DNA of 64,000 nucleotides from Octopus sinensis (taxonomy: Eukaryota). Where the stretch lies: assembly GCF_006345805.1 (NCBI RefSeq), contig NC_043022.1, positions 6,696,001 to 6,760,000 on the forward strand. Reading direction: 5' to 3'. Below the pieces are notes generated by a model. It worked only from the letters and a program-made list of their open reading frames with translations, did no database searches and was not told where the DNA came from. This document shows positions 36,666-48,455 of this stretch, piece by piece. The position numbers and the translations under genes were made by a program. The stretch's first letter is position 1, and each line of letters begins with the position of its first letter.

Positions 36666-36708
36666 CCACCTGACGAATGTCATTGAAGACATGAAACGAT
36701 TGTAGTGG
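36666..36708 (+). ncRNA. minimal type I hammerhead ribozyme motif (Penelope-type)
   Basis: CCAC-CTGACGA-ATGTC(attgaa)GACAT-GAAA-C(gatt)G-TA-GTGG: core intact, helices I-III pair. Confidence 0.75.
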
Positions 36709-36794
36709 CGGTTTATTTCTTTATATTAAAAATTTTTATGTATTGATTAAGTCTTTCCTTGTTTGTTTTGCAAAATAGTGGTTTTGTCTCGAAT

Positions 36795-36836
<42 letters not shown>

Positions 36837-36917
36837 CAAGCCTCACAGCTCCTCAGCATTGTATGAGTTAGAACCTCTAAACTTTACTTCTCAACCTGTT
36901 TTTGTTTTTTGTTGCAG

Positions 36918-37002
36918 CAATGGTTATGTGGCAAATATTTCTCTCTACCAACTCACTTTTAACAAGAGAGTGTGGCAAGCCAATGAGGAGTATTTCTATG
37001 AA
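36918..37002 (+). CDS. AHCTF1: ELYS exon 9
   Basis: DNGYVANISLYQLTFNKRVWQANEEYFYE; |gtgagt; phase 2 to 0. Confidence 0.88.
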
Positions 37003-38065
37003 GTGAGTGCAAATTTCTCCACATTTTTCTCATTTGTGTTGTTCTGTGCTTGCGTTCATATTTCTTTTTGCCTTTGTCCATTTTCCATCACCGCCCGCCC
37101 CGCCCCTCTTCTACCTTTAATCATCTCCACTAGTCACCTGTCTTCACCATCATTTCTCCCTCTTTGGATCTCTTTATTTTATTCCTGACAGACATGTTAG
37201 CATGCTGGACAAAATGCTGTTAAGCATTTTGTTCTGAGTTCAGGTTCTGTTGAGGTCAACTTTGCCTTTCATCCTTCTGAGGTTTATAAAATAAGTACCA
37301 GTTGAGGGGGTGCGGGGGGGTCAGTCAACTCTATCCCTCTCCTGAACATGCTGGTTTTGTGCCAAAATTTGAAATCATTATCAGGCTATGTCGGACCCCC
37401 CCCTGGCACCTGTGCAGGTGGCACGTAAAAAGCACCCACTACACTCGCGGAGTGGTTGGCGTTAGGAAGGGCATCCAGCCGTAGAAACTCTGCCAGATCA
37501 GACTGGAGCCTGGAGCAGCCCCTGGCTTCCCAGACCCTGGTCGAACCGTCCAACCTGTGCTAGCGCGGAAAACGGACGTTAAACGATGATGATGATGATG
37601 AGCTGACAGAATTGTTTGTACACCAGACAAAATGCTTAGTGGCAGTTTGTTTGTCTTTGTTTTGAGTTCAAATTCTGCTGAAGTTGACTATCCCTTTCGG
37701 GGTCAATGAAATAAATACCAGTTGAACACCAGGATCAATGTAAATGATTTCCTCACCCTTCAAAATTGCTGGCCTTGTGCCAAAATAAGAAAGGAACATT
37801 ATTATTATAAGCAGCAAGCTAGCAGAATTGTTAGCACGCTGGGCAAAATACTTAGTGGTATTTCATTCATGTCTATGTTCTGAGTTCAAATTCCACCAAG
37901 GTCAGCTTTGCCTTTCACCCTTTAGGGGTCGATAAAGTAAGTACCAGTTGAGTACTGGGGGTCGATTAATCGACTAGCCCCCTCCACCAAAATTTCAGGA
38001 CTTGTGCCTTTAGTAGAAAGGATTATTATTATAAGATAAAGACTGTCTTTGTTTGTTTGTTTTAG

Positions 38066-38219
38066 GAGATGACCTCTATTGGAATACGCTTGGAACATAA
38101 CCTTTCCTGTGATCCTTTGATGCCCTCAAAGACATTTTCGAGTAATGTGATCAGTTGCTTTACCCTGGAGGATCCAGACTTTGTCCCCTCCCGAATCTTT
38201 GATGGCAGCCATGAAGAAG
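38066..38219 (+). CDS. AHCTF1: ELYS exon 10
   Basis: EMTSIGIRLEHNLSCDP...FDGSHEE; |gtaaga; phase 0 to 1. Confidence 0.88.
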
Positions 38220-38528
38220 GTAAGAGATGTCTTGTAGTTTTAGTAATTGTTGTTGATGCTGTTATTGTATTGTCCTGGGTCAGCTCTAATCAGCATGATT
38301 TAATCAACAGCCTTGACCATCTCAACATTAAAAAAAATTCCTTTTATGTCTGATGATGTATTTTGGGTTGCATTATAAAATTGGGCCCTTTATTTTTTTT
38401 TTTATTTTTTTTTTTTTAGTTTTAAAGATGGTAATGTTTAATTGGAGAAAGTTGAATGTAATCCTTTTGTTACCATATTTCTATTTATAAATAGAGCTTT
38501 TGTTCCAATTAATTTTGAAAATAGTGAA

Positions 38529-38900
38529 CAGGAGTGGCTGTGTGGTAAGTAGCTGGCTAACCAACCACATGCTTCTGGGTTCAGTCCCACTGCGTGGCAT
38601 CTTGGGCAAGTGTCTTCTGCTATAGCCCCGGACCGACCAATGCCTTGTGAGTGGATTTGGTAGACGGAAACTGAAAGAAGCCTGTCGTATATATATATGT
38701 ATGTGTGTCTGTGTTTGTTCCCCTAGCATTGCTTGACAACTGATGCTGGTGTGTTTACGTCCCCGTCACTTAGCGGTTCGGCAAAAGAGACCGATAGAAT
38801 AAGTACTGGGCTTATAAAGAATAAGTCCCGGGGTCGATTTGCTCAATTAAAGGCGGTGCTCCAGCATGGCCGCAGTCAAATGACTGAAACAAACGAGTAA
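38529..38900 (+). mobile_element. SINE family 1
   Basis: Same consensus. Confidence 0.88.
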
Positions 38901-39558
38901 TTTAAGTAAAATAACTTTGTCATTATTAAGCTGGCGTTTGGCACAAAATAGGAAATTTAGACAAAAGGTTTAAATTTTGATCACTTTAACCCTTTGGTTA
39001 CCATACTTCTGTTGCTGTACACTGGTTTTGTTTCAATTCATTTTGAAAATAACAAAGAAGTTAGTGAAATAACATTGTTCGTTTTTAATCTGGTGTTTGG
39101 GACATAAACTAACATGAAATTTTGGGGAAAGGTTTTAATTTAGATTATTTTAAAGCAGGGAGACTGTCATAGAACCAGGAGGGGTGGTGTCATGTAGGTT
39201 GGTGTGAAGAGGGTTAACACTGGGTGAACTAGACTCGCCCACATCTGCTGAAAGTCTACATCAAAGCTTTGAGATTTTGATGAGGTAACTGTTAATTGTA
39301 AGAACGACATTGTAGGGTAGGTGTGAGGAGCTGGATCTGACTGGTTTGAAGGAAAGAGACGTGCAAAATGTATGATGTCCAGCTTAATAGAATAGGGAGT
39401 TTTATATAGGAGTTAGTCTTCTCCCAGAAAGATGCCTTGACAATGAATAGGGGTCCCTCACTCCCAGTGGGCTCTTTATGCCCTCAGACACCAACCTGAG
39501 TATTTTTACCTCCCCAACATACACACACACACACATATACAATCACATTTTACTAATA

Positions 39559-39789
39559 GGCGGTGAGCTGGCAGAAACGTTGGCGCGCCGGGCGAAATGC
39601 TTAGCGGTGTTTCGTCTGTCGTTACGTTCTGAGTTCAAATTCCGCCAAGGTCGACTTTGCCTTTCATCCTTCTGAGGTCGATTAAATAAGTACCAGTTAC
39701 GCACTGGGGTCGATGTAATCGACTTAATCCGTTTGTCTGTCCTTGTTTGTCCCCTCTATGTTTAGCCCCTTGTGGGCAATAAAGAGATA
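39559..39789 (+). mobile_element. SINE family 2
   Basis: 18-bp TSD AATCACATTTTACTAATA. Confidence 0.9.
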
Positions 39790-39911
39790 AATCACATTTT
39801 ACTAATATAATAAAATTCTTGATAATGTTTTCTTTTTTGCAACATGAAATCTCAAATTAATATATTTTTCAGAAATTCTGTTTCCAAATTCAAAATGGAA
39901 TTTCTCTTTAA

Positions 39912-40132
39912 CCCTTTCGTTACTGAATTTATTTTGAGATGCTCTGCGTTTCTTTTAATTACTTTAAATATAACAAAGAATTAAGTAAAATAACATCGTT
40001 ATCATTAAGCTAGAGTTAGGGACATAAATTGCGACTAAGGTTTGGTGGAAGGTTTTAATTCAGAACTTTTGAAAACCAGACATTTGTACTAAAGAGCCAG
40101 AGCCGGTTTCAGCCGGGTTGGTAACGAAAGGG
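39912..40132. mobile_element. piggyBac-type MITE, family A
   Basis: TTAA|CCCTTTCGTTAC...GTAACGAAAGGG|TTAA. Confidence 0.85.
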
Positions 40133-40231
40133 TTAAAGTAAACCAGAAATGTAAATTTTTCTTCAATAAAATTGAACCCTACAATCATGAAGATCCTAAT
40201 TAATCAAATGAAAATGAATTTTTCTTTTCAG

Positions 40232-40370
40232 TTTGTTCCAGTCCTGACTTAAGCCTAAGTGTATTTGTGTGGAGGGCAATTGATGGCTCCAAGAATGGTA
40301 CCACATCATACCATCTGAGTATATTCGATATGAATCGATGGTACCACTTACAAATGCCTTCTACCCTCAG
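40232..40370 (+). CDS. AHCTF1: ELYS exon 11
   Basis: VCSSPDLSLSVFVW...FDMNRWYHLQMPSTL; CAG|gtagca; phase 1 to 2. Confidence 0.94.
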
Positions 40371-40379
40371 GTAGCAGCT

Positions 40380-40925
40380 CTTTTTTTTTTATCTTTTTTT
40401 TTTGTTTCAAATTTTTCTCTTTAGTTTTTTTAAAATTCTTTCTCAATTTTCTTCATATTTACATTGTATTTTTCTTTCCATTCTTTTATTCGTTCTCTTT
40501 TCATCTGTTTTCTTATTCTTTTCTTTCACGTTTCCAAATTTCATTCTTTTCCTTATTCTACATTTGTATTTTTTAATTTTCTCTTTTTTTCAATTTTACA
40601 TTTTTTTTTCTCATTTCACTTTTTCCTTTTGCAATTTTTCCTTTTTTTTCTATCTTTTACCCTCATTCTTTATTGTTTTTCTTTTTCATTCTTTCTTTTC
40701 CTCATCTTTTTTTATCTTTCCTTTCACCATATTTTCTTATAATTTCTCTTTATTCCATCCTTTTCCTTCATTATTAATCTCTTTTTTCTTTCTATTTCTT
40801 TTTACCTTTTCTTAAATTCTTTCCTTTCACATTTTTCTGTCTTCTTGATTTTTCTTTTCTTTTTACCACTTATTTTTGTAAATATTTTTTTGTTTTCTCT
40901 CAATGTTTTTTTTTTTTCTTTTCGT
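40380..40925. repeat. pyrimidine/T-rich low-complexity tract filling intron 11
   Basis: Runs of T and C with very few G. Confidence 0.85.
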
Positions 40926-40946
40926 CCTTGATCAATCTTTCTGCAG

Positions 40947-41034
40947 GACTTTACGTAGCTCTGGTGTTTGTCCCTTCATGGCCTTTTGTTCCCTTGATGA
41001 AGTTGTTGACTCTACAGTTGATGATGAGCTTCTG
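40947..41034 (+). CDS. AHCTF1: ELYS exon 12
   Basis: RTLRSSGVCPFMAFCSLDEVVDSTVDDELL; |gtaagt; phase 2 to 0. Confidence 0.88.
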
Positions 41035-42536
41035 GTAAGTGCTGCTGCTGCAGTGTTCACTGCTTCCTGTAATCTGGGGCAGAATCAGTAGAGCATCAGA
41101 TGAAATATCTTGTGTTATCTGGTTATGTTCCTTCAACTTCAAGTTCATTTTGCCTCTTCACCTTCTGCAGTCAATAAAAATAAGTAGGGGCTGGACAAAT
41201 GTGATTGACTCCATCTTAGATAGTGGTGCTCCAGTAGGACCACAGTCTAATGAGTGAAAACAGACTCTATGCACATATTTATGCAGCTGGTGCACATAAT
41301 TATTAACTCTTAACACTATTGTACTGTACTGAACTGGACTAATTTGACCAGCCAGATCTGAAATGTATGACATCTTAACAATTGTACTAACCTTACTTAC
41401 ATTGATTTTAGAAAGAAGTAGTGCTTCTCTCTAATGTAAGGGAGTAAACCCTATTTCCATCTTCTTTCATTTATTTCTGTTCTGTGAAGGTAGCTGGGAC
41501 CAATTTCCAACAACAGGCCATTAAGAACTGAGCTGCAGGCAAACCATTTTTTGAAAAGAAATTGCTTCTGTGTTTTTCTTTTAAGCCATCAAACTATTGT
41601 ATATAATGTAGCTGTGGCTAGGTGATACTTGCTAGAAATAGCCGCAAGATCTCCCTCAAATTACCACTCCCATACACACATCATCATCATCAACAGGAAA
41701 CTGATGTTAATTGGTGATGATGTGTGCATGGGAGTGGTAATTTGAGGGAGATTTTGCAGCTATTTCTAGCAAGTATCTCCTACAAAGGCTCCTATATTGA
41801 CTAATGCACCTAGATTCTGGTGTCCAGTGGTCATTCTATGCCTTTCATATTTTTTACTGTTTTATATTGGAGCAAATATTATTTCCTGCTGGACACTGCT
41901 TAATGCTAAGCACCGAAATGTAAAGTAAGCGTTGAGGCTTGTGTTTTTTGTCCTGTGACCTCAGTTCTTGAATTTCACAGTCATCAAAGGGGTTGGGGGC
42001 TCAGCTGTGTTTTGGGTGGAGAACACAGGCATGGCTGTGTGGGTAAGAAGTTTGGATTGCAACCATGTGGGTTTGGGTTCAGTCCCACTGCATGGTACCT
42101 TCAGCAAGTGTCTTCTACTCTGGCTTTGACTAGATCAAAGCCTTGTGAATGGATTTAATTGACAGAAACGGAAAGAAGCTCATTTCGTGTGTTTGTATCT
42201 TGTTGACTTGAGAAAATGAGCTAATAGTATATTAATGTCACCATCCTTCAAGCCATGCTGTTTGCAGTGTTCCATGAAAACGTGTCTGGCCATTGAGCTG
42301 CTCATGTCCAAAGCACTAAGGGAAATAGTATCTTGTATAAAGGTGAGGGTTGGTGACAGATAGAGCTCCAGTTGCAGAAGTCTCGTCTCACCTTGAGAGG
42401 ACAAGTAGATGCGAAATGTTGATGATGGTGATGGATTAAATAGTGGTGAGGGTGAAGACTTTGATAAAATATGAACAATTTGATTAGAAGAATTTTGGTT
42501 CCACTTATCAAAGAATTTTATCCTTTTTCCTTGTAG

Positions 42537-42630
42537 AATATTTATATAAACCCATCAACGGTTCGGAAATTTATTTGTGACCCCCTGGCTGCACAAGAGC
42601 AGTTTTTCTATCCCGCATCTCTTCAGTTTG
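42537..42630 (+). CDS. AHCTF1: ELYS exon 13
   Basis: NIYINPSTVRKFICDPLAAQEQFFYPASLQF; |gtgagt; phase 0 to 1. Confidence 0.92.
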
Positions 42631-42915
42631 GTGAGTATGGCTTAAAGTTTACTCTCATTACTTCAACTAATGGTCTGGGTTCTGTTTGTGACTTTCAGCT
42701 CTTTAAATGCTCCTATATATTTCCCCCACTTCCTTCCTGCAACCCCCATAAACCCAAACAATGCAGCTGTCTGTCCTTTTGGATTTGCACTAGACTTTGA
42801 AGATATACAATAAAAACATTTCTTTTTATTGCAATTTTATCAAAATATCCTCTTCTATCTATGTAGTTTTGAATTATTTCCTCTCTATCTGTCTGTCTAT
42901 CTATCTATCTATATA

Positions 42916-43293
42916 TGTGTGGTAAGTAGCTTGCTAACCAACCACACGGTTCCGGGTTCAGTCCCACTGCGTGGCATCTTGGGCAAGTGTCTTCTGCTAT
43001 AGCCCCGGGCCGACCAATGCCTTGTGAGTGGATTTGGTAGACGGAAACTGAAAGAAGCCTGTCGTATATATGTATATATATTAATATATGTGTTAGTGTC
43101 TGTGTTTGTCCCCCTAGCATTGCTTGACAACCGATGCTGGTGTGTTTACGTCCCCGTCACTTAGCGGTTCGGCAAAAGAGACCGATAGAATAAGTACTGA
43201 GCTTACAAAGAATAAGTCCCGGGGTCGATTTGCTCGACTAAAGGCGGTGCTCCAGCATGGCCGCAGTCAAATGACTGAAACAAGTAAAAGAGT
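42916..43293 (+). mobile_element. SINE family 1
   Basis: Same consensus, slightly 5'-truncated. Confidence 0.88.
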
Positions 43294-43309
43294 ATATATA
43301 TATATATAT

Positions 43310-43620
43310 ATATGCCCTCACCCATAAACCCACCCACACCTACTCCACCTTCTCTATCCCGCACCCATCCCCCACATACCTCACCTCTGCCTACCCACAA
43401 CCCCCAGTCGAACCCACACCCCACCTGTGTTTTCCCCACGCTCGCCCCCCACCTCCCCACAACATCACACCACATTACACCATACAACATCACAACACAC
43501 CACCCACACACCCATCCCCACATTTCCACACCCACCCACACATACATACATACACACGTCCAGAACACCAGCCCTCTTTCACACGCACATACATACTCTC
43601 TTATACACACACCTTTGTGT
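43310..43620. repeat. C/A-rich low-complexity tract
   Basis: CCCAC/CACAC-rich degenerate simple repeat. Confidence 0.8.
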
Positions 43621-43894
43621 TGGGGGTCATCTTTACCTTGTTATCTCCCCTACTTTCCTCCTCCCGTCTGACCATTCTGTCCGAGTCAGACGCCATGATA
43701 AATCATTAGCCACTACACACATTTTTTTCTCTCCTTGTTTCTCTCCTTCTTTTGTCTGTGTCCCTTTCTGTGGGAGAGCGTAGGCTCGAAATGTAAAAGA
43801 CTTTTTCTATTCCTGAGCGTTATACTAATACATCTGTTTGTTTTGTACACCACCTGTCTTTGTCTTTTGGTTTTTCGTAAACTTTCCCTATATA

Positions 43895-43938
<44 letters not shown>

Positions 43939-43963
43939 AGAGAGAGAGAGGAAGTGTTATTGA

Positions 43964-44003
<40 letters not shown>

Positions 44004-44311
44004 AGAGAGAGAGAGGAAGTGTTATTGATATATATGTATATATAAATTTTTTTTGTTCAGTTATAAAAAAAACAATTTTGCATTGATCTGATGGGTTACT
44101 CTATATATTTCTAGAGTACATTATTCTTAAACAAGTATATTATTGATAGTGACTTTTAAGTTTTGGCCAGCTAAGCCATTAGCAGAGTGTAAGTGTCTGT
44201 TGAGAAAAAATTTTTCTGGGGTTTGTAGCAGCTGAATAGTAATTAGATTGGAGGGTGTTGTGGAGAAATTTTGTGTCAAAATTCTTGCTAATATTTTCTC
44301 ATGTTTTACAG

Positions 44312-44373
44312 ATGTTCTTTGTCTGATGGAAAGTGGTTTACTCAGTGCAAAATACCTTGGAATGCAGCGTCAG
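44312..44373 (+). CDS. AHCTF1: ELYS exon 14
   Basis: DVLCLMESGLLSAKYLGMQRQ; CAG|gtacct; phase 1 to 0. Confidence 0.88.
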
Positions 44374-44861
44374 GTACCTTTGCTTTCTTATTTCCTATAC
44401 CATTTTGTGTGTGTTGCCATGTGGTAAGGAGTTTGCTTCCCAACCACATGGTTCCGGGTTCAGTCCTATAATGTGTGGCACCTTAGAAGACAAGTGTCTT
44501 GTTCTATAGTCTCAGGCCAACCAAAGCCTTGTGAGTGGATTTGATAGATGGAAACTGAAAGAATCCCATCATGTATATATGTATGTGTGTGCGCACGTGC
44601 ATCTCTGTATGTCTTCCACTAACATCTGACAACCAGTTATAGTGTATTTATGCCTCTGTAAAAGGGACTGATATAATAAACAGCAGGCTTTAAAAAAAGG
44701 AAGTAGTCCTGGGATTAATTTGTTCCCTTCAAGGCAATGTCACAGTCCAATGACTGACACCAGTAAAAGAAATATACATACATACAAACATGTTCAATAT
44801 AATTCGAGGGAGATTCTGCTGCTATTTCTGTTGAGCACCTACACAAAGATTCTCTCATTAA

Positions 44862-45171
44862 CCCCTTACCCAACAATTATTTTGAAAATAAATGTATTTT
44901 TTCAGACATATTTTTTAATTGTTTTATTTTACTATGTTTTGAATGGTGATTTCGAGGTATATTTCAAACCTTATTTATTATGAATTTTAATTCAATAATA
45001 TTGATTTTAAATTACCGCTGTGGGCAGAAACTGAGTTAACCCGTTTTTAGACGAAGGAACTCGTTTGCTGTCGATTTTGGCGAGTCTATCTTTTGACGAG
45101 TTAACTCGCCAGAGATAGAAAAAAAACGATTTCGGTCAAAACGAATATATTCGTTTCTGCCGGGTAAGGGG
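44862..45171. mobile_element. piggyBac-type MITE, family C
   Basis: TTAA|CCCCTTACCC...GGGTAAGGGG|TTAA. Confidence 0.88.
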
Positions 45172-45371
45172 TTAATCTGCTAAACAAAAATATGTAAAAA
45201 AAAAAAAAAATTTTTTTTATGTTTTAAAAACCAGTTTTTTGTTCTTGTTTTTTGAGAACAATTTCTTTGTCCCTTTCCTTCCAGCAGCACCCCTCTCCAA
45301 ATCTAACACCCACTTCCTCCTTGGTGTGGTATATTTATAATTTAAAACTATTTTCTTTGTTGTGTATCCAG

Positions 45372-45500
45372 GTTTTGAACACCATCCAGAAGTTGGGTCC
45401 TTCCTGTTTGATCGAACCAACTGAAGTATACAAAATGTGTTTGTTTGTTGGTTTAGTACATCGATCCCAGGAGAATGCCCCACAGAGTTTCTCAATTGTG
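45372..45500 (+). CDS. AHCTF1: ELYS exon 15
   Basis: VLNTIQKLGPSCLIEPTEVYKMCLFVGL...QSFSIV; |gtaaga; phase 0 to 0. Confidence 0.9.
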
Positions 45501-45805
45501 GTAAGAACTGCTTTCATCCATTTTCTACAACATTCACACTTATCTCCCCCTCAAACCATTTTAATGTTTCAGTTATGGAATATCAGCTTTTTGTGGGGTA
45601 ATTAATTAAAAGTCTGCCTGTCTCGGTCAGTTGTGAACTTGTGAATTAGAATCATTCCATGTCGTCCTCATCCCCCACCTCACTTGACCAGGGCTGCAAT
45701 CCAAGTAAGACAGAGATTTAGTTGCTGTTCACCAAAAAATTGGTTGAAGATTCTATTTTGTTGTGTTGAATTGTTTTGTTTTTTTTTTTCTTTCTATTTT
45801 TGTAG

Positions 45806-45896
45806 GGTTTCCAGAGAGAAGCTTTGCTTTCTTTGTGTCTGGAGTACCACATGGTAAACGTGATCCTGAAGTGTATCGATGAATGGGCTGAAGGAG
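45806..45896 (+). CDS. AHCTF1: ELYS exon 16 (ends at GC donor)
   Basis: GFQREALLSLCLEYHMVNVILKCIDEWAEG; GAG|gcaagt; phase 0 to 1. Confidence 0.88.
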
Positions 45897-46868
45897 GCAA
45901 GTATCGACTTATAACAAACAAAATTAATATTTCTTTTGAGAAAGCCATAAAGTTGTAAGGCTGGTTTGTACTCTCTCGTGAAATCCTTCTCTTGATGTGA
46001 CTGCCTTTTGTCTCCATCAAGGTCTCTCAAGATAAGGCTCAGAGTTGATTCTGGTGAGATTTCACTAATGCAAGAGGATAAAATAGAAAAAGTGCAAAAT
46101 ATTTGACACTCTTGGATAGTCACCCATCTGAGACCATCCTCGGTCCTAGTTTTCAGTTATAAAATGACCTTAATTAAAACTCATCTTCAAGCATAGGCAT
46201 GGTTGTGTGGTAAGAAGCTTACTTCCCGATGGCACGGTTCTGGGTTCAGTCCCTCTGCATGGCATCTTGGGCTAACCAAAGCCTTATGAGTGGATTTGGT
46301 AGATATATCAACATTATTCATTACTGATTAACATTCGTTTTCCATGCTGGCAATGGTTGGACGGTTTGACAGGAGCTGGCAAGCCAGGGGACTGTACTAG
46401 GCCCCACTGTCTGGTTCGATGTGGTTTTTATAGCTGGATGCCCTTCCTAACACCAACCACTTTACAGGGTGTCTTGGGTGCACTTACATGGCACCACCAT
46501 GAGTGCACTTTACATGGCACCAGCACCTGCAAGACAAAGACCTCTGGGAGAGAGAATGATGACCTGGCCATAAAAGACATGCCTAAATGTATGGATGGCC
46601 ACGATTTTACTTAGCTTGATGTGTCTTCTCAAGTACAACGAATGGCAAGTCCCAGTCTCTTGGCATCTTCTCAGTGAGGCTCAGCATCTGAAGAGCCTTT
46701 CTTACCATTTCTTCCCACATCTTCCTGGGTCAATGTATTTGTCAAAATAGTGATAAATGAACCATTGACTGTGCAAGGTTGCACGTTGGTTTATGTTGAA
46801 AACAACTTTTAGAAATTCAGGCATATCTCAATGTGTGTCTCTCTTTGGGTCTGTGTTTGTCCCCCACC

Positions 46869-47085
46869 TATTTCGTTACTACCCACAAGGGGCTAAACAC
46901 AGAGGGGACAAACGGATTAAGTCGATTACATCGACCCCAGTTTGTCACTGGTACTTAATTTATCGACCCTGAAAGGATGAAAGGCAAAGCCGACCTCAGC
47001 AGAATTTGAACTCAGAACGTAACGGCAGACGAAATACGGCTACGCATTTCGCCCGGTGTGCTAACGTTTCTGCCAGCTCGCCGCC
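46869..47085 (-). mobile_element. SINE family 2 nested in an older SINE
   Basis: 16-bp TSD GTGTTTGTCCCCCACC. Confidence 0.88.
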
Positions 47086-47411
47086 TTCGTGTTTGTCCCC
47101 CACCACCATTTGACGGCCAGTGTTGGTGTGTTTACATCCCCTGTAACTTAGTGGTTCAGCAAAAGAGACTGATAGAATAAGTACTAGGCATTAAAAAAAA
47201 TGAGTTGATTCCTATGACTTAAAATTTTTCAAGACTGTGCCCCAGCATGGTCGCAGTCTGAAAACAAGTTAAAGATAAAAGAAGGATTTTTCACTTTATG
47301 TCTGTTTGCTCTGCTTGTGTAGGTTGGACAGTTTGAGAGGATCTGGCAAACCAGGGGATTGTACCAGGCTCCATTATCTGCATGGTTTCTACAGCTAAAT
47401 GTTCTTCTTAA

Positions 47412-47633
47412 CCCTTTCGTTACCGTATTTATTTTGAGATGCTCTGTGTTTCATTCAATTAATTTTAAATATAACAAAGAATTTAGTAAAAGAACTTAGT
47501 TTTCATTAAGCTAGTGTTGGGAACATAAATTGTGACTAAAGGTTGGTGCAAGATTTTAATTCAATACTTATGAAAGTAAGACATTTGTACCACAGAGCCA
47601 GAGGTGGTTTTGGCCGGGTTGGTATCAAAAGGG
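47412..47633. mobile_element. piggyBac-type MITE, family A
   Basis: TTAA|CCCTTTCG...AAAAGGG|TTAA. Confidence 0.85.
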
Positions 47634-48225
47634 TTAATGCCAACCACTTTACACAATGGATTGGGTTTCAGACAACAACTTAGTAAGGACAGTTTTATAA
47701 AATTCTTCGTTATTTCCAAAATTAATTGGAACCATGGTGGTGTATTTCAGCAGAAATTGGGTACCAAAAATGGTTTATGAATAATCAGTTATAAATTAAG
47801 ATTTGATTTTTAAATTTAAGGAATTTTGAACCATTTAGCATTCAGATTAATCCATCAACTTAATTATGCATTATGGCATTAGGAAGGGCATCCAGCTGTA
47901 GAAACATTGCCAGATAAGACTGGAGCCTGGTGCAGCCTTCTGGCTTCCCAGATCCCCGGTCGAACCGTCCAACCCATGCTAGCATGGAGAACGGACGTTA
48001 AACAATGATGATGATGTCATAGCTTTGCAATTTTGATGATGTGATTTCTGTGTTTACAATGACATTGTCAGGAAGGTGAGAGAGGCCAGATTTGGCCAGT
48101 TTGAACATAAAACAGATAGAATATTTGGACTGTTTGAATGCAAAAATGTTAAATGCTATGGTTATAGCAGCTTTGAGTGTAATTAATTTGAATGTAATTA
48201 TTAACAGAATGATCTTTTCTTTCAG

Positions 48226-48315
48226 AATTCACCGCCCAAAAGTGTACCTTGAAATATTTACTCGATTGGAGTTGGAACAAAGTGGTTCAAATCAAGGAAG
48301 CTATAGACAGTAATA
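48226..48315 (+). CDS. AHCTF1: ELYS exon 17
   Basis: EFTAQKCTLKYLLDWSWNKVVQIKEAIDSN; |gtaagt; phase 1 to 1. Confidence 0.94.
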
Positions 48316-48455
48316 GTAAGTGTTTTGTCAAGTTCCTGTTAGAATTTGGAATGGAGTTCACTGAAAACGGTTTACTTAAATTTCAATTTAAGTTCAGTTG
48401 TTTTTTTGCTTGTCCGTATTAATTTCCTTTTCTAGATTCAGTTTTACGAGGTGGT

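Noticed and set aside
45901-45902. Canonical GT donor for exon 16
   Set aside because: Gives phase 2 and frameshifts exon 17 into a stop; the GC donor 4 nt upstream restores homology.
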